Assembly: GCA_964612595.1 (NCBI GenBank)
Contig: CAZTFB010000002.1
Coordinates: forward strand, 188,933 to 252,932
Length of the DNA stretch: 64,000 nucleotides
Direction: 5' to 3'
From: an uncultured Gammaproteobacteria bacterium
GTDB taxonomy: Bacteria > Patescibacteriota > Microgenomatia > UBA1406 > HO2-37-13b
A model generated the notes under the pieces. That model was not told the origin of the DNA. It saw nothing but the letters and a program-made list of their open reading frames with translations, and did not search any database. Below are positions 43,671 to 52,110 of this stretch, piece after piece (the stretch's first letter is position 1; each line of letters begins with the position of its first letter). Made by a program: the position numbers and the translations under genes.

Positions 43671-44298
43671 TGTTGAAGCCGGACTTAATCCAAACGTAGA
43701 ATCCCATATAAAAAAACAGGGAGTTATTGCTGTGATCTTACGTCCATCTGAGAAAGACGATGATACATATGGGTTTTATCTTGTTGAACACTATGGTTAT
43801 CAGCTTGATGAGGAGGGCACAACAAAAACAGTGCGTCCGGGTTTGGGTCTGATGAGCGAGACTTTTAAACCTGGTGAAGACTCAGACGATATTAAGACAG
43901 TTCTTACACGCGGCGTTCTAGAAGAAATGTGTGGCTATGACCCAGATCTTATGGATGATGAAGTTTTTAAAGAACACATGCAGCGTTGGCGACAGGGCTT
44001 AGACGCTGCCTTAAGACCAATCGGGTCATTTGTACATGATTTCAACTATCAAAATCCTGAGGTATATCTCACCGAACCCAATACAAGAGGTTATGTGCAC
44101 GTCTTTGTTGATGATGCTTCTATGATGTACATTGGTCCAATCGGACAAGCTGAGGCTGCTGCAACAATTCAAATAGGAAAAAGGGTGTTGACCGATCCCA
44201 CACTTGAATTTAGAGACGGCTACAATACAAAGCTATTATTAGGCTCACCTGAATTACAGGATATTCTTGAAGCACATTCTATAACAATCGAAGAATGA
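43657..44298 (+). CDS. Divergent Nudix-like protein
   Basis: GLGLMSE..(insertion)..RGVLEEMCGY approximates the Nudix box with an 8-10 aa insertion. It overlaps the upstream gene by 14 nt. Confidence 0.35.
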   Translation: MAGINVEAGLNPNVESHIKKQGVIAVILRPSEKDDDTYGFYLVEHYGYQLDEEGTTKTVRPGLGLMSETFKPGEDSDDIKTVLTRGVLEEMCGYDPDLMDDEVFKEHMQRWRQGLDAALRPIGSFVHDFNYQNPEVYLTEPNTRGYVHVFVDDASMMYIGPIGQAEAAATIQIGKRVLTDPTLEFRDGYNTKLLLGSPELQDILEAHSITIEE

Positions 44299-44347
44299 TT
44301 AAAGGAAATAATACGACTAATATAATATTGAATTTTCTGTAATTTTT

Positions 44348-45154
44348 ATGGCCAAACGACTTGTCTGTCTTAAACTTGGAGGAAGCCTTATAACTGACAA
44401 AGCAAAGCCAATGGAGGCAAAGATGGACGTTATTACAACACTTGCAGGACAAATTGCCTCTGCACTCAAAAAGGATCCTGACCTTCAACTCATCGTGGGT
44501 AATGGCTCCGGATCTTTTGGACATTATGCCGTTATAACGCATCACATGCAAAACGGTTTAGATGCTCCAGAAAAAAACATAGGATATGCACAAGTGCAGA
44601 GGGCTGCTTCGATACTTAATCGGTGTATAGTCGATGCGCTTATCGAAGCTGGGGTTCCTGCTGTATCATTTCAAGCATCGAGTGCAATTGTCGGTCACAA
44701 CGGTAAAATAGTTGATTTTCCACTTGATGTTATTGAGGCAGCGTTTTCGCACAACATAGTTCCAGTTATGTATGGCGATATTCTTCTAGATACCAAAAAG
44801 GGCTCCATGATAGCTTCCACAGAACTATTATTATCTGCTACAGCGGTTGCACTCACAAAAAATGGTTACAAAGTTCATAAGGTCATACATAACGGTGTAA
44901 CACAGGGAGTTCTTGACGCACAAAAGAATATTATTCCACTTATAACACGCAATAATCTTGAGGACATAAAAAAACTAATCTATGCAACAGACGGATTTGA
45001 TGTGACTGGTGGCATGTTGCACAAAATTGAGGAATCACTTATTTTAGCTGACGAAGGTATTCCATCAATGATAATTAATGGAGTTTCAGAGAAAGATCTT
45101 CTTACAAAAGCACTGCTCGACGAGCCTGTAAAAGGCACCAAAATATCTACTTAA
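44348..45154 (+). CDS. Isopentenyl phosphate kinase (amino-acid-kinase fold)
   Basis: VCLKLGGSLITDK and IVGNGSGSFGH, with size and C-terminal DVTGGM consistent with IPK. Confidence 0.7.
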   Translation: MAKRLVCLKLGGSLITDKAKPMEAKMDVITTLAGQIASALKKDPDLQLIVGNGSGSFGHYAVITHHMQNGLDAPEKNIGYAQVQRAASILNRCIVDALIEAGVPAVSFQASSAIVGHNGKIVDFPLDVIEAAFSHNIVPVMYGDILLDTKKGSMIASTELLLSATAVALTKNGYKVHKVIHNGVTQGVLDAQKNIIPLITRNNLEDIKKLIYATDGFDVTGGMLHKIEESLILADEGIPSMIINGVSEKDLLTKALLDEPVKGTKIST

Positions 45155-45235
45155 AGATTAATTAAACGCTATTGTTGGACGTGGGCTTTTCTAGTACTTT
45201 TGTAGGAATATTAGATCGACTGGTTGCATTGAGCC

Positions 45236-45622
45236 TCATGGGCCTGGAGCTGTACCTCCTGAACCACTATTGATCGAAGGAAGGTCAAAGCGAATACCAC
45301 CGTTCTCAAATCTTATCGTACCAAGGACATTAGAAGCAATGAATACCCAAATAACAAGAGCGGCGACCATTATTATTATGCCGATGATAGCATTGACGAT
45401 TTTTGCTTGAGCAGCGGCAAGCTTTTGTTCGTCGCCGCCAGAGGTTACCCAATCAAGACCACCCCAGATGAGTTGCACAGCCATAATAAAACCCGCAACC
45501 ACAAAGACAAAATTTATAGCAAATGCGATACCACGTGAAATTGTATCGGGGACAGTCCCAGAGTTGAGTCCGGCTGGTCCGGGTGCTTTAATCGGATCGC
45601 CAAAAACGTCGTTAATGTTCAT
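45236..45622 (-). CDS. TrbC/VirB2-type T4SS-pilin-like small membrane protein
   Basis: Two TM helices flank the loop WGGLDWVTSGGDEQKLAAAQAKI. This topology is typical of VirB2-like pilins annotated in Patescibacteria. Confidence 0.5.
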   Translation of the reverse strand: MNINDVFGDPIKAPGPAGLNSGTVPDTISRGIAFAINFVFVVAGFIMAVQLIWGGLDWVTSGGDEQKLAAAQAKIVNAIIGIIIMVAALVIWVFIASNVLGTIRFENGGIRFDLPSINSGSGGTAPGP

Positions 45623-45933
45623 AATAAAAATGGAATTTCAAAAATGGTCGTAATAATGCGCACTAGGAAAAAGCTTATAAATATTATAGTAATACCTAAA
45701 CTTGCATAAAGAAAGGCGTTCTTTCCTGTTTCAAGCTTGTGTTCATCGCCACCTGCAGTGAGAAATAGAAATGATCCACGAATAAGAACTGCGAGCGCAA
45801 TCAATGATATGACAACAAATAGAAAAGGAATTATCAGCCCGAGCATCGTATTTATGTTACTAAAGCGGGCAGGAGCAAAATTCTCTGGATTAATAAAAGG
45901 CGTGGGATTCATCCTAGTATGAGTGTAGTACAT
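45619..45933 (-). CDS. TrbC/VirB2-type T4SS-pilin-like small membrane protein (paralog)
   Basis: Two TM helices with the loop FLTAGGDEHKLETGKNA. ATGA-type overlap with the downstream paralog. Confidence 0.5.
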   Translation of the reverse strand: MYYTHTRMNPTPFINPENFAPARFSNINTMLGLIIPFLFVVISLIALAVLIRGSFLFLTAGGDEHKLETGKNAFLYASLGITIIFISFFLVRIITTIFEIPFLL

Positions 45934-45961
45934 TTTGCGTGTATAATCTAGTCATACATTT

Positions 45962-46657
45962 ATGGAAGATCGAATCCCAAAACACGTAGGTATAATAATG
46001 GACGGCAATCGTAGATGGGCGAAATCGCAAGGAAAAAATATTATTGAGGGACATAGCGCCGGAGCTGAAAACAGTCTTGAAATCATTCGGCACTTATATA
46101 AAAGAGGAGTTCATACGGTTACTATTTGGGTGTTTTCAACAGAAAATTGGAATAGAGAAAAAGTACAAGTACAAGCTCTTATGATGCTCTTTCAACAGCT
46201 TGCGGATCCGTACTTTAAAGAGGCAATAGCACAACATGCTCGTATCACACACATTGGAAGAAGAGATCGCATTCCTAAAGCTCTTAAGGAGAAAATTGAG
46301 CAATACGAAAGAGATTCAGTACATTTTTCAGAACATGGACTAAATGTTGCGCTGGATTACGGGGGTCGAGATGAAATAATTAGGGCAATCCAGCGGGTGC
46401 TAAATGCTGGTTTGAAACCAGATGAATTGACAGAGGAGAAATTTAATGATTTTTTAGATACCAAAGGTTTGCCATATCAACAGCCTGACATAATAATACG
46501 CACGGGTGGCGAACATAGAATGTCCGGATTTCTTATATGGCAGGCGGCGTATGCTGAATATTTCTTCCCCGAAAAATTCTTACCTGCAGTGACAACAGAC
46601 GACCTAGATGCTATACTCGATGAGTACAAGAATCGCGAAAGGCGATTTGGTAGATAA
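45962..46657 (+). CDS. uppS: Undecaprenyl (isoprenyl) diphosphate synthase
   Basis: HVGIIMDGNRRWA, FSTENWNR, IRTGGEHRMSGFLIWQAAYAE. Confidence 0.9.
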   Translation: MEDRIPKHVGIIMDGNRRWAKSQGKNIIEGHSAGAENSLEIIRHLYKRGVHTVTIWVFSTENWNREKVQVQALMMLFQQLADPYFKEAIAQHARITHIGRRDRIPKALKEKIEQYERDSVHFSEHGLNVALDYGGRDEIIRAIQRVLNAGLKPDELTEEKFNDFLDTKGLPYQQPDIIIRTGGEHRMSGFLIWQAAYAEYFFPEKFLPAVTTDDLDAILDEYKNRERRFGR

Positions 46658-46672
46658 CTAACATTTCGCACT

Positions 46673-47713
46673 ATGTACGACCCACGCTACACCATTACAA
46701 ACAGTCTCTTAAGAAACATTGGTATTATCGAGGCTGCGCGCGAAGTTATTGCTGATGCGCCATTGCTCCCACTTTGGGAAAAAAGATTTCGCGATGATGC
46801 GGTGATCCGTACCGCTCATCATGGCACACATATTGAAGGAAATAGGTTAAATCTTTCTGAAGCCCAAGATGTATTGTTGGGGAAAGATGTTGTCGGTAGA
46901 GGAAGAGATGTGCAGGAAGTAATTAACTACAGACGGACCTTACAGGTGATTGAAGAAGAAGCAAAAAGGGATTTACAACGTATTACAGAAGGGACAATAA
47001 AAAAACTGCATAAATCAGTAGTCGAAGGAATTTTAGCCCCCGAACAAGTAGGAGAATACAGAATTAAACAGGTCGTTATTAAAAACAGTGAGACTGGCGA
47101 AATTACGTTCCGCCCTCCCTCACCAGTCGAGGTGCCATTCCTCATGCGTGAGTTTTTATATTGGTTGAACAAAAGTGATACTGATATTCATCCCATTCTT
47201 AAGGCAGGCATAGCGCATCATGAACTTGTTCGCATACATCCCTTTATTGATGGTAATGGGCGTGTTTCGCGTGCCTTGTCGACACTTGTTTTATTTTTAG
47301 AAAAATACGACATTCGCCAGTTTTTCTCATTAGAAGAATACTACGATAAAGATGCCATCACCTATTACGAACATCTTCAGAAAGCAAATCAGGGCGATCT
47401 AACTGAATGGCTTGATTATTTTGTACTTGGTGTTGCTATAGAGTTTGAGCGCATAAAAAAGAAAATTCTCAAATTATCAAAAGATACCTATCTAAAAGAA
47501 AAATTAGGTGGTAAACAAGTCTTTCTTTCTGAACGACAGACAAAAATTATTGAGTATATTCAAAGTATTGGATACCTCCAAAATCAAATGTTTGGTGATG
47601 TGGTCGACGATGTATCTGAGGATACGGTCCTGCGAGATATTACTGATCTTATCGAAAAAGGCATTGTTAAAAAAGTAGGTAAAACGAAAGCATCACGATA
47701 CGTAATGGTATAA
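46673..47713 (+). CDS. Fic-family protein with C-terminal wHTH
   Basis: The Fic motif HPFIDGNGRVSR, and a C-terminal DNA-binding-like segment DTVLRDITDLIEKGIVKKVGKTKASRY. Confidence 0.9.
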   Translation: MYDPRYTITNSLLRNIGIIEAAREVIADAPLLPLWEKRFRDDAVIRTAHHGTHIEGNRLNLSEAQDVLLGKDVVGRGRDVQEVINYRRTLQVIEEEAKRDLQRITEGTIKKLHKSVVEGILAPEQVGEYRIKQVVIKNSETGEITFRPPSPVEVPFLMREFLYWLNKSDTDIHPILKAGIAHHELVRIHPFIDGNGRVSRALSTLVLFLEKYDIRQFFSLEEYYDKDAITYYEHLQKANQGDLTEWLDYFVLGVAIEFERIKKKILKLSKDTYLKEKLGGKQVFLSERQTKIIEYIQSIGYLQNQMFGDVVDDVSEDTVLRDITDLIEKGIVKKVGKTKASRYVMV

Positions 47714-47715
47714 CT

Positions 47716-49443
47716 ATGACATTTAAAAAACTTGCAGAGTTCTTCTATAAGATCGAGAATACGGCTTCACGGAATGAAATGACCGAAATTCTTGCTGGAC
47801 TTTTCAACATAATTGATGTGAATGAGTTTGATAAAGTACTCTATCTACTGCAAGGAAGACTTGCTCCCCAATATATAAAGATTGATTTTGGCTTAGGAGA
47901 AAAAATGGTGATACGGGCAGCAGCTGATGCATTACAGCTTGATAAAAAGCTTTTTCATAAGAAGTATCAGGAAGAGGGTGATGCCGGTCGCGCTGTAGAG
48001 TATTTCAAAAAAACGATTGTCAGCATGCATGAGCGCGACCTAACTATCACAGAGGTTTTTGATAAATTAGAAGAGCTTGCAACATCAGGTGGAAGTGGAT
48101 CACAAGAACGAAAACTTTCAATTTTAGCTGAATTGATCCAGACCCTTGATGGGCTTTCTACACGTTACGTTGTGCGTATTCCGACAAACACGTTGCGCCT
48201 TGGATTTTCTGACATGACAATTCTGGATGCCTTCTCGTGGATGTTAAAAGGAGATAAGAGTCTCCGGCCGGCAATAGAAGCAGCGTATCTTGTTCGGCCG
48301 GATCTCGGACATATTGGTGTGACACTTAAGAAAAACGGCGAAAAGGGTGTATCACACATTACTCCTACAGTGTTTACCCCTATTTTAATGATGCGCGCGC
48401 AGCGCGTCGGAGTAGTCGACGACATATTTGACAAAATTAAAGATGGTGTCATCGAGCCAAAATATGATGGTTTCCGTCTCCAAATCCATAAAAAAGGTAA
48501 AAAAGTAGTGCTGTATTCAAGAGGGCTTGAAGATGTTACGTATATGTATCCCGATATTGTTGCTGGCGTCCAGAATGAAATAACGGCACATGAAGCGATT
48601 ATCGAAGGTGAAGCTATAGGATTTGATCCGTATTCAGGAAGTTTTTTACCTTTCCAAGAAACCGTTCAACGCAAAAGAAAATATAACATCGATGAAAAAG
48701 CGCTCGAAATCCCTCTAAAAATGTTTGTTTTCGAGCTCCTCCATTGCGATGGAGACTCATTATTAAAAGAGCCGCTACATGAGCGTTTAAAAAAGCTTCG
48801 ATCAATTACAAAACTTACAGGTGACATTTTTAAAGATACGCTTCTTCTTTCGCAGCAGGATTTACTTAAAGACAAAGAACACCTCGAGTTAACTTTTGAT
48901 GATGCATTGTCGCGAGGACTAGAAGGAATCATGATAAAAAAAGGTGATGGGTTTTATCAGCCAGGTGCACGTGGCTTCAACTGGATAAAATACAAGCGAA
49001 GCCAATCGACCAAAATTGACGATACCATCGATTGTATTGTGATGGGTTACGATAAAGGTAAAGGGAAAAGAACAGAGTTCGGGATTGGAGCTTTTCTAGT
49101 GGGTGTTTATGATAAGGATAAAGATATGTTTGAAACCGTTGCGAAAATTGGTACTGGCCTTTCGGATGATGAATGGCGAGAATTGTATAGACGGTGCAAC
49201 AACATTGATATTGAGCATAAACCTGCACTATATGACGTTAATTCAATGATGGATGTTGATGTGTGGGTCCAGCCAGAAATTGTCGTAGAGATCAAAGCAG
49301 ACGAAATTACACGATCCCCAGTACATTCTGCTGGCTATGCGCTCCGATTTCCACGCCTTTCAAAATTTAGAGATGATAAAAAGCCTGAAGATGCGACGCA
49401 ACTAAGTGAGATCCTTGATTTGTATGCTTCACAAAGAAAATGA
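47716..49443 (+). CDS. ATP-dependent DNA ligase (Lig1/archaeal type)
   Basis: Motif I EPKYDGFRLQIH (KxDG), EGIMIK, and an OB-fold C-terminus with LRFPRLSKFRDDK. Confidence 0.9.
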   Translation: MTFKKLAEFFYKIENTASRNEMTEILAGLFNIIDVNEFDKVLYLLQGRLAPQYIKIDFGLGEKMVIRAAADALQLDKKLFHKKYQEEGDAGRAVEYFKKTIVSMHERDLTITEVFDKLEELATSGGSGSQERKLSILAELIQTLDGLSTRYVVRIPTNTLRLGFSDMTILDAFSWMLKGDKSLRPAIEAAYLVRPDLGHIGVTLKKNGEKGVSHITPTVFTPILMMRAQRVGVVDDIFDKIKDGVIEPKYDGFRLQIHKKGKKVVLYSRGLEDVTYMYPDIVAGVQNEITAHEAIIEGEAIGFDPYSGSFLPFQETVQRKRKYNIDEKALEIPLKMFVFELLHCDGDSLLKEPLHERLKKLRSITKLTGDIFKDTLLLSQQDLLKDKEHLELTFDDALSRGLEGIMIKKGDGFYQPGARGFNWIKYKRSQSTKIDDTIDCIVMGYDKGKGKRTEFGIGAFLVGVYDKDKDMFETVAKIGTGLSDDEWRELYRRCNNIDIEHKPALYDVNSMMDVDVWVQPEIVVEIKADEITRSPVHSAGYALRFPRLSKFRDDKKPEDATQLSEILDLYASQRK

Positions 49444-49460
49444 TGAGATTCAGCACGCAA

Positions 49461-50210
49461 TTAATTGCGTGTATGTTCAGATCGATAGTTTGTACCGCCA
49501 TCCATTGAGTAGTTTACGCCCCGAAGAAATCTTTTTTTAAACAGGGCAAATGATATCAAATGCCATGAGTTCTGTAATAAAGTACGAACTAATCCATCTC
49601 GCTTAAATCGTCGCAACGACATGGTAAATGAAATATCATCAAGGTATTCATAGCGCGCACCGGCTTTTGCGTTGTTATACACAAAAATGTAATCTTCAAG
49701 TATCTCGACATCAGTATCAAATCTATATTGCAGCGATGATGTCCGGATTGCAATACATCCTCCATGTTGGACGGAGACCCCAATTTTACGCCATATTTTG
49801 AACAAGACATCTATGAGATTGAAAATGATTTTGAAGCGAAGTCCCCACTTTTTTTGAATGGTTGCCTTAAATATTGCTATATCAAAGGCATTAGTGAGTG
49901 TTGCTGCATGAAAATTTTCTATAAAGTTGGGTGGTAGCCTATTATCAGCATCAACAAACACCATCCAATCGCCTTTAGCAGTCCGTATTCCTTCATTTCT
50001 CTGATAAGCTGCTCCTCGTTTTTTCGCTATGATTAAGCGAAGTGGTAAGCGTTTTTGAAATGTCTTTGCATACTTAATGGTTTTGTCCTCTGAAGATCCA
50101 TCGACGAGAATAACCTCGAAAGGTTTCTTTGTGTTTTGATGAACAAGAGAATCTAGAAGACGCGGTAAGAACTTCTCCTCATTATAGCTTGGTATAATTA
50201 TGGAAATCAT
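49461..50210 (-). CDS. Family 2 glycosyltransferase
   Basis: ISIIIPSYNEEKFLPRLLDSL and VFVDADN (DxD). Confidence 0.8.
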   Translation of the reverse strand: MISIIIPSYNEEKFLPRLLDSLVHQNTKKPFEVILVDGSSEDKTIKYAKTFQKRLPLRLIIAKKRGAAYQRNEGIRTAKGDWMVFVDADNRLPPNFIENFHAATLTNAFDIAIFKATIQKKWGLRFKIIFNLIDVLFKIWRKIGVSVQHGGCIAIRTSSLQYRFDTDVEILEDYIFVYNNAKAGARYEYLDDISFTMSLRRFKRDGLVRTLLQNSWHLISFALFKKRFLRGVNYSMDGGTNYRSEHTRN

Positions 50211-50215
50211 AATAT

Positions 50216-51139
50216 ATGCGCCCTCACAGCAATTATAACAATTTTGTATCTGTTGTCATTATTAGCTATGACCCGACAGCGATAACACTACAAAAAACGC
50301 TCAATGTTCTTTTGCGACAATCATACACACATTTCGAAATTATTGTCGTCGATTCGGGTGTTGAGAAGCATTCTACGTCTGTAATGCAAAAAGCACTTGC
50401 AGGGTCATCAATCCCTCATCTTGCCTTGGAAATGAAACAAAAAAAAGATGAACGGTTTAATTACGCTCACGCCTACAATGTAGGTATCCGAAAAGCAAAA
50501 GGTGACATTGTAGTACGCTTAAGTGGTGATGCGGTTCCTGTTGGAAAGCACTGGCTTACACATTGCGTTACACTATTACAGAACGATCATGTTGGCATCA
50601 TATCAGGCTCCGATATCGTCAAGAACCAACTAAGTCTTGATACGTACCTTTTATCTGCAATATATGATCGAGCACGTTTTATAGCAATACAAACAACCAA
50701 AAGAAAAGTACTAAAGAAAATGCCTCTTACAAACGGACCATGCATGATTTTTTGGCGTTCAATTTGGAAAAAACATAAATTTAATGAAGAGTGGCTCTGG
50801 GGAGAAGAATTTGAATTTACTACCTGGGCAATGAGAAAGGGCTATTATCTTATATACGACCCAAAGATTAGAATTCTCCATTCTCATAGGCTCGCAACGA
50901 CGAAAGCTCTCCAGAGAATTGGTGCGGACCTGTTGTTTATTTTCAAAACAAACAAAATTTTTCAGGAACAAATTCTTTTGCTCATTCAGGAACAATTAAA
51001 GACCACAATAGAGGTGCCTTTTGCTCAAATAGAAAAGGGGCGACAATATTATATTAAGAATGGCTCATCAAAAATAGTTCAGTCATACGTGAGGAGACTC
51101 TCGAGCCTTAAGAGGATGATCGATCAGATACTATCTTAG
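50216..51139 (+). CDS. Family 2 glycosyltransferase
   Basis: VSVVIISYD...LLRQSY..FEIIVVDSG and RLSGDAV. Confidence 0.7.
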   Translation: MRPHSNYNNFVSVVIISYDPTAITLQKTLNVLLRQSYTHFEIIVVDSGVEKHSTSVMQKALAGSSIPHLALEMKQKKDERFNYAHAYNVGIRKAKGDIVVRLSGDAVPVGKHWLTHCVTLLQNDHVGIISGSDIVKNQLSLDTYLLSAIYDRARFIAIQTTKRKVLKKMPLTNGPCMIFWRSIWKKHKFNEEWLWGEEFEFTTWAMRKGYYLIYDPKIRILHSHRLATTKALQRIGADLLFIFKTNKIFQEQILLLIQEQLKTTIEVPFAQIEKGRQYYIKNGSSKIVQSYVRRLSSLKRMIDQILS

Positions 51140-51623
51140 TTCGCACGGTGCGAATAAAACGTTTGATGAATCTACCCTGTCTTCTCCAAAACGAAGGGAA
51201 GTAAATAATATTGAGAAAAATAAGTGTAATAACCAATATAACATCGTATGTAATACGCGCCCAGTACACATCTTCTAAGAAAAACCACAGTGCAAACTCA
51301 TCAAACGTAAGTGCGAGCCCAACGCCATAAAGGATGGCCGTCATTCGGTGAATGTGAGGTCGTAAATCATAAAGCGCAATAAAGCCTGAGATAGCGAGTA
51401 TCACGATACCAAAATTAAGATGATGAACATGAATGCCTTTAAAGCGAATAGCTTCTATGAATAATGGGTGTGCTAGAAAATCTTTCTGAGTTAAATACAC
51501 GTAAGATCGAGCAACAACGAATGTCGTAAGAAATGAAATAAAAACTATAAATGGAACTTCCTCAAGCTTTGAAACAAAAAATCTCTTGAAAAATGCGTTT
51601 AGCTTGCTCGTGAAGATGTTCAT
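51108..51623 (-). CDS. 4-TM membrane protein
   Basis: The hydrophobic profile only. Convergent 32-nt overlap with the GT2 gene. Confidence 0.5.
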   Translation of the reverse strand: MNIFTSKLNAFFKRFFVSKLEEVPFIVFISFLTTFVVARSYVYLTQKDFLAHPLFIEAIRFKGIHVHHLNFGIVILAISGFIALYDLRPHIHRMTAILYGVGLALTFDEFALWFFLEDVYWARITYDVILVITLIFLNIIYFPSFWRRQGRFIKRFIRTVRTKIVSDRSSS

Positions 51624-51741
51624 AGAGTATGTATTGTACTATTTACAGTTAAAAGCGTAAATAAGTAGCTCACTAAGTTATCCACATTTTTTATCGAATT
51701 TATTAATGGCCTTGCGACAATACAAAGCAAGCATAGATTAA

Positions 51742-51757
51742 TATAGGACGTCCTATA
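51742..51757. promoter_or_regulatory. 16-bp perfect palindrome TATAGGACGTCCTATA
   Basis: Self-complementary, 25 nt upstream of a consensus -35 box. Operator candidate. Confidence 0.35.
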
Positions 51758-51781
51758 ACTACACTTAATTAACTATGGGAC

Positions 51782-51810
51782 TTGACAAAGCGGTATAGCT
51801 TGTTTAGACT
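51782..51810 (+). promoter_or_regulatory. Canonical sigma-70-type promoter (TTGACA-17-TAGACT)
   Basis: TTGACA at 51782-51787, a 17-nt spacer, and TAGACT at 51805-51810. ATG 51823 lies 12 nt downstream. Confidence 0.5.
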
Positions 51811-51822
51811 AAAACTTGAAGT

Positions 51823-51969
51823 ATGAAAAAAGTACATATAGCGCTACAAACACGTATTGGAGAAGCACTTAATAGAGATAGAAACAAGCTTCTTGCGTTT
51901 TCTAGGGGTCAGTTTGATGCAATAAGAAAGAAGAACTTACGCATGCCAATTGAACTATATCATTTATAG
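51823..51969 (+). CDS. 48-aa basic small protein
   Basis: MKKVHIALQTRIGEALNRDRNKLLAFSRGQFDAIRKKNLRMPIELYHL. It lies directly downstream of the promoter and falls below the ORF-track cutoff. Confidence 0.3.
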   Translation: MKKVHIALQTRIGEALNRDRNKLLAFSRGQFDAIRKKNLRMPIELYHL

Positions 51970-52080
51970 GGTTTGGGGCTCTGGGATAAAAAAAGAGCAT
52001 CACTACCGTTCGGTTAAGGTTCGACGAGTAGTAATGCCCTATATGGGTCTCCGAGGATCGGAGTTACTTAACACATTATC

Positions 52081-52110
52081 AGAAAATAAATCACCTGTCA
52101 AGGGTGATTT
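52081..52110 (-). terminator. Terminator hairpin overlapping the stop codon of the YYY gene
   Basis: The minus strand reads AAATCACC-CTTGACA-GGTGATTT followed by ATTTTCT. The stop TGA lies in the 3' arm. Confidence 0.55.
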
